64,000 bases of DNA from Capsulimonadaceae bacterium. Its GTDB lineage: Bacteria > Armatimonadota > Armatimonadia > Armatimonadales > Capsulimonadaceae. The notes below the pieces were generated by a model. It was given only the letters and a program-made list of their open reading frames with translations. It was not told the DNA's origin and did not search any database. The stretch covers positions 1,504,001 to 1,568,000 of the forward strand of contig OZ244065.1 in assembly GCA_965215505.1 (NCBI GenBank). The letters are read 5' to 3'. The position numbers and the translations under genes are program-made. Of this stretch, positions 1-8,837 are shown piece after piece (position 1 is the stretch's first letter; each line of letters starts with the position of its first letter).

Positions 1-2
1 CG

Positions 3-797
3 ACCGAGCTGGACGAAATGGCGGCCAAGCGGGACGTGAGCTGGACCAAGGACGCCGACGGCGTGTACCTGGTGCGCGACAACCGCTGGTATCGGAACGA
101 CGGCCTGGAGGTGCCCCAGCCGCTGCTGCGGCGCTGGTTCGGGGCACTGCTCCAGGCGCGTCGCGCCCAGATCGCCCGCCAGGCGGCAGCCGCCCCGGCC
201 TCCACATCGGTGCCGCCGTCCCCGGCGGAGTGGACGGCGGCGCTCAAGCAGAACTGGGATTGGGTGGCCGAGGTGTACAGTACCTTGACGCCGTGGCAGA
301 TCAGGAACGGCCTGTCCCTGTTCCAGCCGGAGGAGAAGGACCTGGCCGGGCTGAACGACGCCACCGAGGCGAAGCTCAACGAGAAGCTGAAGCACTACGT
401 CCCGGAGCCGGAGGAGGTCATCCTTCCAGGCACCGACCGCTTCGCGGAGGAAAGCCGGATACCCCCGCTCTGGTGGGCCGTGAACGCGCTAAAGGGGTTC
501 CCGCACACGGCGCAGTTCTACGGGAGCCTGGACGACGCGGGGCGGACGGCGCTGCTGGAAGGGCGGCTGTCTCCGACATCGCTGAGTCCCTCGCAGATGG
601 CACAGGCGGCGTCCTTGCAGCCGCTTCTGGCCCAGGCCATGCAGAGCTTCCCCATAGACTCGCTCTCCTTGCGCCTGCTCCCGCGCGCCTCTTCTCCCTC
701 CCGCCTCGCTCCTGGGGAGGTGCCGGAGGTGGACCTTCGGGTCATCACGCCGACGCAGGCCGCTCCCCCGGAGGCCCCGCCGCCGAGCATCCCCTAG
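3..797 (+). CDS. C-terminal part (5' end outside window) of a large hypothetical protein, paralog of 21006..23138
   Basis: Frame open from base 3 (TELDEMAAKRDVSWTKDADGVYL...) and aligns almost residue for residue with the C-terminal third of the 20955..23138 ORF. Confidence 0.85.
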   Translation, partial: TELDEMAAKRDVSWTKDADGVYLVRDNRWYRNDGLEVPQPLLRRWFGALLQARRAQIARQAAAAPASTSVPPSPAEWTAALKQNWDWVAEVYSTLTPWQIRNGLSLFQPEEKDLAGLNDATEAKLNEKLKHYVPEPEEVILPGTDRFAEESRIPPLWWAVNALKGFPHTAQFYGSLDDAGRTALLEGRLSPTSLSPSQMAQAASLQPLLAQAMQSFPIDSLSLRLLPRASSPSRLAPGEVPEVDLRVITPTQAAPPEAPPPSIP

Positions 798-832
798 AAC
801 AAGGACCGAGCGAACCGCGCCGGGGTTAGGTC

Positions 833-967
833 CTAATGCTTGACGTAGTAGTAGCCGACGACGAGCATGATGACGCAGGCCATCGTCCACCAGTGGCCCG
901 TCGTGATGCGCCGGGCGAACAGGCCAAGGCAGGCGGCGAAGAAGAGGATGGGCAGGATGATGTTCAT
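833..967 (-). CDS. 44-aa small membrane protein
   Basis: MNIILPILFFAACLGLFARRITTGHWWTMACVIMLVVGYYYVKH; two hydrophobic segments; ATGA overlap with the stop of the upstream GT2. Confidence 0.65.
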   Translation of the reverse strand: MNIILPILFFAACLGLFARRITTGHWWTMACVIMLVVGYYYVKH

Positions 968-2322
968 GGACTCGCGGCCTCGGCGGCGGACGAGGCGCGG
1001 GCGGGCGCGGGGATGATGGGCGACGCGGTGGGCGGCGCGGTAACGGGTTGGTTGGACGCGAGGGGCGCGCGCTCCGTCCTTATCCACTCGTCCGCCCCGG
1101 CTTTACGCCCACGACGTGCCGACCCCGAGAGCGCCAGGGCGAACTTCCAGGCCATGTAGAAGGGCGCGCGGAGCAGGGCGGCGAAGGCTTCAGGCGGGGC
1201 ACCGGCCACGCGCAGGCCGCCCAGGATGTAGGCCAGCAGGCCTGCGCCCGTCAGGCCGACGGCGCAGAGCCACACGGCCGGGTGCGGCAGCAGGTGCAGC
1301 GCCGTCCCCAGCAGGGCCACGCCGGACCAGGCCAGCGTCAGCGCGCTCAGTTCGGCAAGCGGCGGCACCAGGAGGTCAAGCCCCATGTCGGCCAGGAGCC
1401 GGTTTCGACCCCGCACCCCTTCCCACAGCAGCGGCAGCGCGCGCTCCCGCACCAGTTTCAGCCGCCCGCGCTCCCAGCGCGACCTCTGCGAGCCGGCCTG
1501 GGCGGCCTCCGTCGGCATCTGCGCCAGGACCCGCGCCTCGTGCGCGTAGCCGACCCGCAGGTCCATCCGCCGCGCGAGTTCCAGGCCGTAGTCCAGGTCT
1601 TCCGTCAGGCTGCCCCCCGGCCAGGGCTGGGCGGCGGCGACGGCCCGCGTGAAGGCCATGCCGTTCCCCTTCAGCCCCACGCTCAGTTTCAGGGCCTCCC
1701 GACCCAGCGGCTTGACGTGGTTGACCAGGTCGAAGGCCGCCGCCATCAGGCCCGCCCGCCAGCTCTCCCCGAAGTTCAGCACCCCGTAGCGGCCCTGCCA
1801 GGCCGCAAGCCCGTCCGCGCCCCCGGCCGACTGGAGGCGGGCGTTCATGCGCGAGAGGAAGTCCGGGGCCACCCAGGTGTCGGCGTCCACGATGACGAAT
1901 CCCTCGGGCGGTGAGGGCAGAGAAAGCAGGTGCGCGACGGCGTGATTCAGGGCATAGCCCTTGCCCCGCTCCTGCGCGTGGGTGCGCTCCAGGACGGTCG
2001 CCCCGCGAGCGCCGGCCAGGGCCGCCGTCGCGTCGGCGCAGTTGTCGGCGACGACGATCACCTGGAAGCACCCCGCCGGGTAGTCCTGTTTGCCCAGGCT
2101 GTCCAGCGTCCCGGCCAGCACCAGCTCCTCGTCGTGCGCGGGGACGATCACGGCGAGGTCGAGCGGACGGGCCGGCCGGGCGGGCGGGGCGAAGCGCCGG
2201 GCGGTCAGGGCGGCGGCCAGCAGCGACAGCAGGAAGGCGACGCTTGCGACGGAGGCCAGCCCGACGGCCGCAGTCAGGAGGTCAAAAAGGAGAATGGGCA
2301 GGGGAATGTGCATCCCGATCAC
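964..2322 (-). CDS. family 2 glycosyltransferase (CesA-like, membrane)
   Basis: VIVPAHDE, VADNCAD, GKGYALN, DAD, TED and QRSRW motifs; N- and C-terminal TM helices; GTG start overlaps upstream stop (alternative ATG 2313). Confidence 0.9.
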   Translation of the reverse strand: MIGMHIPLPILLFDLLTAAVGLASVASVAFLLSLLAAALTARRFAPPARPARPLDLAVIVPAHDEELVLAGTLDSLGKQDYPAGCFQVIVVADNCADATAALAGARGATVLERTHAQERGKGYALNHAVAHLLSLPSPPEGFVIVDADTWVAPDFLSRMNARLQSAGGADGLAAWQGRYGVLNFGESWRAGLMAAAFDLVNHVKPLGREALKLSVGLKGNGMAFTRAVAAAQPWPGGSLTEDLDYGLELARRMDLRVGYAHEARVLAQMPTEAAQAGSQRSRWERGRLKLVRERALPLLWEGVRGRNRLLADMGLDLLVPPLAELSALTLAWSGVALLGTALHLLPHPAVWLCAVGLTGAGLLAYILGGLRVAGAPPEAFAALLRAPFYMAWKFALALSGSARRGRKAGADEWIRTERAPLASNQPVTAPPTASPIIPAPARASSAAEAASP

Positions 2323-3341
2323 GCTTTCGCGGCCCGCTTCCGCAGCCAGGCCGGGCCGGACGTCTTAACACGGTTGAGGGTGACGCCAATCACCTTGTCG
2401 CGCCCCAGCGCGTCGAGCGCCTGCACGACCACGTCGCGCGGCGTCGCCCCGGCGCGGGCGACGACCAGCAGGCCGTCCATGTGCCGGGTCAGCGGGAGGG
2501 CGTTGTCGGAGGCGACCGAGGGCATGTCCACGATTACGACGTCGAAGGCCATCCGGGCCGAGATGATAAGCTGCGCCACGCGCGGCGACCGGGCCAGGCG
2601 AGCGGCGTTCGCCGGCGACTTGCCGGCGGGGATGATGACCAGGTTGTCGCATCCGGCGAGCTGCAAGGTGGGCACGACGTTGTTGCTGTCCTCCAGGACC
2701 GGCACGACGCCCTCGCCCCGCGCGGGAACACCCAGGCGTGTCGCCAGGTCCCCTTTGCCCAGACTCATGTCAATGAGGCAGACGCGCTTGAATGTGTCCC
2801 GCGCGATCGTCATCGCCAGGTGGAGCGCGACCGTCGTCTTCCCCTCCCCCAGCACGGCGCTCGTGACCCCCAGCACATAGGGACGCTCCGACCCCAGCGT
2901 CTCGCCGCTGATCAGGGTGACGTCGCCGACGCCGGCGATCTGCCGCTCCAGGGAGGCGTACAGGTGGCTGAACTCGGTGGGCGTCTTCTCCACGCGCAGG
3001 TTGATGAGCGGCGCTGAGGACCGCACCGGGGCGTTCTCCTCGCCCGGCGCTGGGGCGGCAGGGAACTCCTCGGGCCGTAGAGTCCGGTCGGGCCGGTCAT
3101 GGCCGGCGTGGTCGAGCGCGGCGCGGTCCATCAGGATGGTCGTCTCGAACGAGTTCGCCTCGGACGGGTCACTCCCCCCCTCGGCCCGGTCCGCGCGCAG
3201 GCCCAGCGCGGGCGCGGCCTCGCGGGCCTGCCGCAGCAGGGCCGCCATTTCCTCGCCGCGCAGGGTCCGGCCCGGCCGCTCCGGGGCCAGGGGCGTCTCG
3301 TCCAAGCCGGGAACATTCAGTCGGTCAGTCATGGCAGTCAC
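2319..3341 (-). CDS. CpsD/CapB-like BY-kinase / P-loop ATPase of polysaccharide export
   Basis: Walker A GEGKTT, FDVVIVDMP Walker B, DGLLVVARAG; directly downstream of the chain-length determinant. Confidence 0.8.
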   Translation of the reverse strand: MTAMTDRLNVPGLDETPLAPERPGRTLRGEEMAALLRQAREAAPALGLRADRAEGGSDPSEANSFETTILMDRAALDHAGHDRPDRTLRPEEFPAAPAPGEENAPVRSSAPLINLRVEKTPTEFSHLYASLERQIAGVGDVTLISGETLGSERPYVLGVTSAVLGEGKTTVALHLAMTIARDTFKRVCLIDMSLGKGDLATRLGVPARGEGVVPVLEDSNNVVPTLQLAGCDNLVIIPAGKSPANAARLARSPRVAQLIISARMAFDVVIVDMPSVASDNALPLTRHMDGLLVVARAGATPRDVVVQALDALGRDKVIGVTLNRVKTSGPAWLRKRAAKA

Positions 3342-4867
3342 TATCCTTCGGGAGCGGGCAGCGTGGGCAGGCCCCCGCCGCCCAGGGCGCGGCGGGCGGA
3401 CGTGCGGAGTTCGGCGGACTCGGGCAGGGCGGCCAGGATGGGGACGCCCAGCAGCCGCTCGGCGTCGCCCTCGTACCGTAGGGAGTGGTCAGACCACTCA
3501 CTCAGCACAATGAGGATGACGCCCACGACGCACCCGAGGAGCAGGCTGCCCAGCAGCATGGCGATCAGCTTGGTCTTGCCGGTCGTCGGCGTCGCATAGA
3601 TGGGGCCGCCTGGAAGAAGGACGGTATCAGCCTCGATTTTCTCCAGGGCATTTTTCGACTCGATGGCGCGCTGCGTGGCCGTCAGGTCATTGTAGTGACT
3701 CGACAGACCCGCATAGTCGCGCGTCTTGTCGGCGAGTTCCTTCTCGGCAGCAGGGATCTTGTCCATGAGGAGCTGATACTTGGCGATCTGCTGGTTCAGG
3801 TTCTGCATCTCCTCCTGGTCGGTGACCTCTTGGATGCTCGCGTCCGTGATTAGCCCCTTCAAAACCTGGTACTGCGGGTTGTCCTGCATCTTGGTCTGCG
3901 TGTCGTGCTGGTTCTCGGGCGAGCTGCCGTTGCGCGACTGTAGCTGAAGGTTTTTAATCTCCGTGTCCAGTCGCACCACGTCGGGGTGCTGCGGCGTCTT
4001 CCCACTGGCCAGCATGGTCGCGCGCTGCGCCAGGATGACCCCGATCTCCTGCTGCATGGGCGACTGGTCCGAAACGGTCTGCTCGGCGACGCTCATCGGC
4101 TTCATCTGGGCGAGTTCCACTTCCAGCGCGTGCCTCTTGCTGGCGCTCTCACCCAGGGTGATCCGCTTGTCGGCGAGCTGCGCTTTCAGACTGCCCAGCT
4201 CGCTGCTGTCCGTACTCTCCGCGTCCGACAGTTGGCCGTTGTTCGTGCGCTTGAAATCCGCGAGGGCGTCCTCGGCCTTGTGCATCTTTTTCGTGACGTC
4301 GGCGATCTGGGTGGTGAGGAAGCTGGAGGTCCGTTCGCCCAGGGCGGTGCGGTCGGCATTGACCTCGGCGATGTAGTGGCTCCGGAGCGCGCCGAGGATG
4401 CTGACTGCTTCATCCCCGTTGTCCCAGGTCAGGCTGAGGGAAAACTGGTTTGCGCTGTCGGGATAGGCACTGAGGTTCTTTTGGAGCATAGCATAGCGCG
4501 GGTCGTCAGCCTGCGGGTTCAGATCAATGGGCTTGATCTTGGGGGGTCTGCCATCCGTCGGGGCATACAGAGGCTTCAGCGCCGTGGCCAGAAATCCGTC
4601 AGGCCCATTGATTTTAATCAAGTCGTTAAAGCGGTCTATGTGTTTCTGGGACGGCGGAATCCAGCTGTTCGCATCGCCCTGCCCAAGAACGTCCGCGACG
4701 CTCTGCGGCTGGACCTGCGTCATGGCCGTAGCGTGGAACGTCTTCGAGCGCGCGTAGAGGGCCGCCATCGTCAGGCTGCTGACGATCACCAGGGCGCTCC
4801 AGAAGAGGAGCTGGTGCCGAAAGAACGAGTCCACGATGCGGAGGAGGATTGGGGTACGCCGGTACAT
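3341..4867 (-). CDS. polysaccharide chain-length determinant (Wzz/GumC/Wzc N-terminal-like)
   Basis: TM helices at both ends, long coiled coil, TPQHPDV motif, AERLLGVPILAALP C-terminus. Confidence 0.85.
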   Translation of the reverse strand: MYRRTPILLRIVDSFFRHQLLFWSALVIVSSLTMAALYARSKTFHATAMTQVQPQSVADVLGQGDANSWIPPSQKHIDRFNDLIKINGPDGFLATALKPLYAPTDGRPPKIKPIDLNPQADDPRYAMLQKNLSAYPDSANQFSLSLTWDNGDEAVSILGALRSHYIAEVNADRTALGERTSSFLTTQIADVTKKMHKAEDALADFKRTNNGQLSDAESTDSSELGSLKAQLADKRITLGESASKRHALEVELAQMKPMSVAEQTVSDQSPMQQEIGVILAQRATMLASGKTPQHPDVVRLDTEIKNLQLQSRNGSSPENQHDTQTKMQDNPQYQVLKGLITDASIQEVTDQEEMQNLNQQIAKYQLLMDKIPAAEKELADKTRDYAGLSSHYNDLTATQRAIESKNALEKIEADTVLLPGGPIYATPTTGKTKLIAMLLGSLLLGCVVGVILIVLSEWSDHSLRYEGDAERLLGVPILAALPESAELRTSARRALGGGGLPTLPAPEG

Positions 4868-5001
4868 CTGCTGCTGTTTCTCCTGGCTTTCACTGCCATG
4901 CTTTCACCGCTATTGTCGGCACGGGAAGGCGATTTTCTCACCCCACCGGCGTCCGGGCCTATTTAAAACGCGGCGGGGCTAGTGGAATTACTAGTTTTTA
5001 T

Positions 5002-5010
5002 ATTATAACA
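5002..5010 (-). promoter_or_regulatory. extended -10 promoter (TGTTATAAT) for the EPS operon
   Basis: TGnTATAAT on the minus strand in an AT-rich intergenic stretch ~135 bp upstream of the 4867 start. Confidence 0.5.
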
Positions 5011-5076
5011 CGGAATACAGCTGATGGTGACGAGGATACTGTTAATAAAGTTCCCCGGCACACCGAGAGGGGAAGG

Positions 5077-5829
5077 TCAGTAAGCCCCCTCCGCGCGCAG
5101 CACGGCGGGGATGGTCATCAGCAGGATGCGGAAGTACAGGCCGATGGACTGGTGTTCGATGTAGTACAGGTCCAGCTCGATGGAGCGCTCGAAGCTGAGG
5201 GAGGCGCGGCCCGAGACCTGCCACAAGCCGGTGACGCCCGGCACGCCAATCAGGCGCTGGCGCTGGCGGGCGGTGTAGGCCGCCGTCTCCTTGGGGAGCG
5301 CGGGGCGCGGCCCGACGAGGCTCATCTCGCCCTTGAGGACGTTCAGCAGTTGGGGCAGTTCGTCCAGGGAGAACTTCCGCAGGACGCGCCCGACGCGGGT
5401 GATGCGTGGGTCGTTCCGCATCTTGAAGACCGGCCCGGAGCGCTCGTTGTGCATCTCCAGCAGGTGCCGCTTGCTCTCGGCGTCGGAGACCATCGAGCGG
5501 AACTTGTAGAACCAGAACTCCTCGCCGTCCAGTCCGACCCGCTTCTGCTTGAACAGGACCGGGCCGGGGCTGTCCAGCTTGATGCACAGGGCGATGACGC
5601 CGAAGACGGGCAGGATCAGCAAAAGGCCCAGCACGGTGAAGAGGACATCCAGCACCCGCTGAACGGTCTTCACCCCCCCACGGCGCGCGGAGACGCCGCG
5701 CAGCAGCAGGGAATCGCCGCCCCCGCGCGGGGCGGAAGCGGCGCGCGCGTCGGCGTGACGTTCCCGGTGGGCTTCGCGGTATCCGGCGGCGGCCTCCAGG
5801 CCGGGTTCATTGTAGCGGGGCGTTTTCAT
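5077..5829 (-). CDS. priming sugar transferase (undecaprenyl-phosphate sugar phosphotransferase catalytic domain)
   Basis: DSPGPVLFKQKRVG, YKFRSM, DPRITRVG, SLDELPQLLNVLKGEMSLVGPRP, PGVTGLWQV; start uncertain (ATG 5829 or 5949, ORF open to 5973). Confidence 0.9.
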   Translation of the reverse strand: MKTPRYNEPGLEAAAGYREAHRERHADARAASAPRGGGDSLLLRGVSARRGGVKTVQRVLDVLFTVLGLLLILPVFGVIALCIKLDSPGPVLFKQKRVGLDGEEFWFYKFRSMVSDAESKRHLLEMHNERSGPVFKMRNDPRITRVGRVLRKFSLDELPQLLNVLKGEMSLVGPRPALPKETAAYTARQRQRLIGVPGVTGLWQVSGRASLSFERSIELDLYYIEHQSIGLYFRILLMTIPAVLRAEGAY

Positions 5830-6338
5830 AGGCTCTAGTTTAGGCTCTGATCTCGGTGGGGCGCTTTCGTCTGCCTGCGGGCGTGTCCCGGCGGCGGGGC
5901 CGTCCCCGCCGCGGTCCGGGCCGCCGGAGAACAACCTTGCAAGATTCATGCCAAACGGCGCGCGGCCCAACATATCCGGCGTTTTTCCTTACATTCCGTG
6001 TGGCAGGCAGGCTTAAGGGCGGGAAAAGGTGCCGCCTCGGGCGGCCTGCCGCCCTGGACAATCATCGGGAGTTTCCGTCATAAACTGGAACGGGAAGGGA
6101 ACGGATTCGGGAGACGGACTCGGGACAGGCCCGGCGCGCGGCGTCGCTCGCCTCATTATGCACCCGCAGCACGGCCCCCGTCTGTAACCCAGCCGCCTAA
6201 ATCGCCGCGCGCGCCGGGGCGGACAGGGGAGAAAAGACTGGAAAGGCGAGCGCCCATCAGGTAGAATAGAGTCGGCGCGAACTTTCGACCGAGAAACATT
6301 CCTACCGAGAACTGCGCTAAGGAGAACACAACCAAACC

Positions 6339-7337
6339 ATGGGAGCGATCCTCGTCACCGGCGGTGCCGGCTACATCGGCAGTCATACGTCCAAGCTGCT
6401 GCTCCAGAAGGGCTACGACGTCGTCATCCTGGATACCCTGGAGCTTGGTCACCGGCAGGTCCTGGACTATCTGCCCGGCGCGAAGCTCGTCCAGGGCGAC
6501 ATCGGCGACGGTGCCCTGGTCGCGAATACGATCAAGGACAACGACATCGACTCGGTCATCCACTTCGCCGCCTACGCCTCGGTCCCCGACAGCGTCGCCG
6601 ACCCGGTGAAGTATTACCAGAACAACATCACCAAGACGCTCACCCTGCTCGATGCCCTGAACGCGCAGGGAGTCAAACACGTTTTGTTCTCCTCCTCGGC
6701 GGCCACCTTCGGCGAGACGAAGTACGTCCCCATCGACGAGAAACACCCGCAGTTCCCGACCAACCCCTACGGCCAGACCAAACTCGACGCCGAACACATC
6801 CTGCACTGGTACGACGTTGCCTTCGGCATCAAGAGCATCTCCCTCCGCTACTTCTGCGCCGCCGGGGCGGACCCCGAGGGCGAACTCGGCGAGGACCACA
6901 CGCCCGAGACGCACATGATCCCCCTGACCCTCTTCGCCGCCCTGGGCCGCCGCCCGGACATCAAGATGTTCGGCACCGACTACCCCACCCCCGACGGGAC
7001 CGGCGTCCGCGACTACATCCACGTCACCGATCTCGGCCAGGCCCACATCCTCGGCCTGGAAGCCCTCAAAAACGGTGCCCCCACGAACGCCTACAACCTC
7101 GGCAACGGCAAAGGCTACTCCGTCCGCGAGGTCATCGAGACCGGCCGCAAGGTCACCGGCAAGCCCATCACCGCCACCGAAGCCCCCCGCCGCCCCGGCG
7201 ACCCTGCCGAACTCGTCGCGACGAGCGCCAAGATCGAAAAGGAGCTAGGCTGGAAGCCCCAGTACGGCGACCTCCCCACCATGATGCGGACCGCCTACGA
7301 GTGGTTCGAGAACCACCCCAACGGCTACGAGGGGTAA
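6339..7337 (+). CDS. galE: UDP-glucose 4-epimerase
   Basis: GGAGYIGSH, YGQTK (YxxxK), DGTGVRDYIHV, RRPGD; AGGAG RBS. Confidence 0.95.
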   Translation: MGAILVTGGAGYIGSHTSKLLLQKGYDVVILDTLELGHRQVLDYLPGAKLVQGDIGDGALVANTIKDNDIDSVIHFAAYASVPDSVADPVKYYQNNITKTLTLLDALNAQGVKHVLFSSSAATFGETKYVPIDEKHPQFPTNPYGQTKLDAEHILHWYDVAFGIKSISLRYFCAAGADPEGELGEDHTPETHMIPLTLFAALGRRPDIKMFGTDYPTPDGTGVRDYIHVTDLGQAHILGLEALKNGAPTNAYNLGNGKGYSVREVIETGRKVTGKPITATEAPRRPGDPAELVATSAKIEKELGWKPQYGDLPTMMRTAYEWFENHPNGYEG

Positions 7338-7381
7338 ATCGAGGCAAAGAGGCAGAGAGGAAGGAGGGCCGGGGGGACGAC

Positions 7382-7422
7382 GCATCCGCGTAGGGGCGGG
7401 GTCCCCCCGCCCCCCGTTCCTT
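7382..7422 (+). repeat. GTAG-family REP-like palindrome, direct-repeat copy 1
   Basis: GTAG-GGGCGGG-gtccc-CCCGCCC inside a ~41-bp unit nearly identical to 8684..8723. Confidence 0.75.
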
Positions 7423-7449
7423 ACGGCGTGGCCGGCCCCCGCAGTGCGT

Positions 7450-7863
7450 TCATCCCTGGGAAGCGTCCGGCTGGAGGGCCTGCGCCCCGTGCAGGAGGCG
7501 CAGCAGGAAGAGGACCGTTTCGGCGGTTTCCGGCGGCTCGGCGGGGTCGGGAGGCAGGACGGCGAAGAGGAGGCGGACGGGCGTCCCGGAGCGCCGCCGG
7601 GTCGGGCCGTAGTACAGCAGGCGGCGCACCTCGCGCCCGTAGAAGGCGGAGGCCTCTTCGTCCCGCGCGTGCGACAGCGGGCCGGGGAAGCCGGGAAGGG
7701 CGCTCAAAGCCCGAGACAGGCCCGCAGCCCACTCCCCGGCGGCCCTGGGTCCGAGCAGGCGGTTGACGGACAAAATCGCGCGGTCCCGGTCGGCTTCAAA
7801 CGGGTCACTCTCCACGACGACATACCGGGTCGGCTCCGGCTCCCCGCGCTCCGGGACTCTCAT
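7450..7863 (-). CDS. RelE/ParE-like type II toxin
   Basis: N-terminal strand-helix YVVVESDPFEADRD, C-terminal LLRLLHGAQ resembling the ParE VLRVLHGAR end; ATGA overlap with the upstream small gene. Confidence 0.6.
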   Translation of the reverse strand: MRVPERGEPEPTRYVVVESDPFEADRDRAILSVNRLLGPRAAGEWAAGLSRALSALPGFPGPLSHARDEEASAFYGREVRRLLYYGPTRRRSGTPVRLLFAVLPPDPAEPPETAETVLFLLRLLHGAQALQPDASQG

Positions 7864-8183
7864 GCCAGGCCCAGGCGGCGCGCTTCCGCGACTTTCTCCG
7901 GGGGCAGGGCCGCCAGGGTGGCTTCCGCCTGGTCCGCCAGCTCGTCATCCGTCAGGTGGGACAGGTCCGGGAGGCCGTACTTGCGCCGGACCCGGTCTTC
8001 GGCCTCGGCGGGGGTGTGGCGCGGCCCGTCCAGCAGGGAGCGCATCTCGGCCCGGCCCGTCGCCTCGCGCTCCCAGCGGCGCACCGTCTCGGCGATGGCT
8101 TCCGCCACCGCCCGGTCGAAGTCCTCGCCCCGCAGGGCGCGCAGGCGTCCGGCGAGTTCGTCGTCAATGGTCACGGTCGTCAT
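7860..8183 (-). CDS. putative antitoxin (ribbon-helix-helix-like N-terminus)
   Basis: MTTVTIDDELAGRLRAL N-terminus, GGAGG RBS, TATAAT upstream, coupled to the toxin-like gene. Confidence 0.6.
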   Translation of the reverse strand: MTTVTIDDELAGRLRALRGEDFDRAVAEAIAETVRRWEREATGRAEMRSLLDGPRHTPAEAEDRVRRKYGLPDLSHLTDDELADQAEATLAALPPEKVAEARRLGLA

Positions 8184-8364
8184 GGGAGGCTCCTCCGGGC
8201 GGCTTCACGGGGCGTTGTTCTTGCCGCGCTCTGCCCCCATTATACCCTTACCCTATGCGCTCACCGGTTGCGAGGGGTGACAAAGAAGAGGAAGCCTTGC
8301 CGCCAACGGCGGGGCCTTTTCTGGTACAATCGCGGCAGGACGATCTCGACGGGAGGCACACGCG

Positions 8365-8649
8365 ATGGCTATCACACTCGGCCTTGCTCCGGCATCTGAG
8401 GTGCTGCCCTCTGACCTTGCGGACCGGGACGGACAGGACAAGAAAACCGTCGCGGCTTCCCTGCTGGCCGCCGCCCTGGAACGGGTTGCCCACGAGCGCG
8501 AAGTGGGAGCGGTGCTGCGTGGCATGGAAGACAGCCGTGCCGGTCGGTTGAGGCCGCTCGCGGAGTGGGATGCCAAGTTCCGCGCTAGGTACAACATACC
8601 GGCAAACTTGGAGCCTCTTTCAGAAGAAGAGTTAAATGCCCTCCGATGA
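8365..8649 (+). CDS. orphan ParD/CopG-like antitoxin
   Basis: 94 aa, MAITLGL N-terminus and RGMEDSRAGRLRPL motif typical of ParD-like antitoxins; GGAGG RBS and TGGTACAAT extended -10. Confidence 0.55.
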   Translation: MAITLGLAPASEVLPSDLADRDGQDKKTVAASLLAAALERVAHEREVGAVLRGMEDSRAGRLRPLAEWDAKFRARYNIPANLEPLSEEELNALR

Positions 8650-8657
8650 AGACACAA

Positions 8658-8723
8658 GGGTCGGGCAATCCAACCCCTACCGTGCATCCGCGTAGGGGCG
8701 GGTCCCCCCGCCCTCTGTTCCTT
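8658..8723. repeat. pair of divergent GTAG REP-like palindromes (BIME-like), including direct-repeat copy 2
   Basis: Minus: GTAGGGGTTGG-attg-CCCGACCC (8658..8680); plus: GTAGGGGCGGG-tccc-CCCGCCC (8692..8713). Confidence 0.7.
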
Positions 8724-8837
8724 CCGCGCCCCTCCTTCCGTGTCCGCTTCCGAAAGGCCAAGGCCCTACCATTCCCGGCAGGGCCTACTCCGGTGAAGTC
8801 ACAGCGAAACGATCATGACCAAGTAGGCAAGCAAATC

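Noticed and set aside
8646-8837. N-terminal extension of the aspartyl-protease ORF
   Set aside because: It translates REP palindromes; the signal-peptide-like start at ATG 8838 is more plausible
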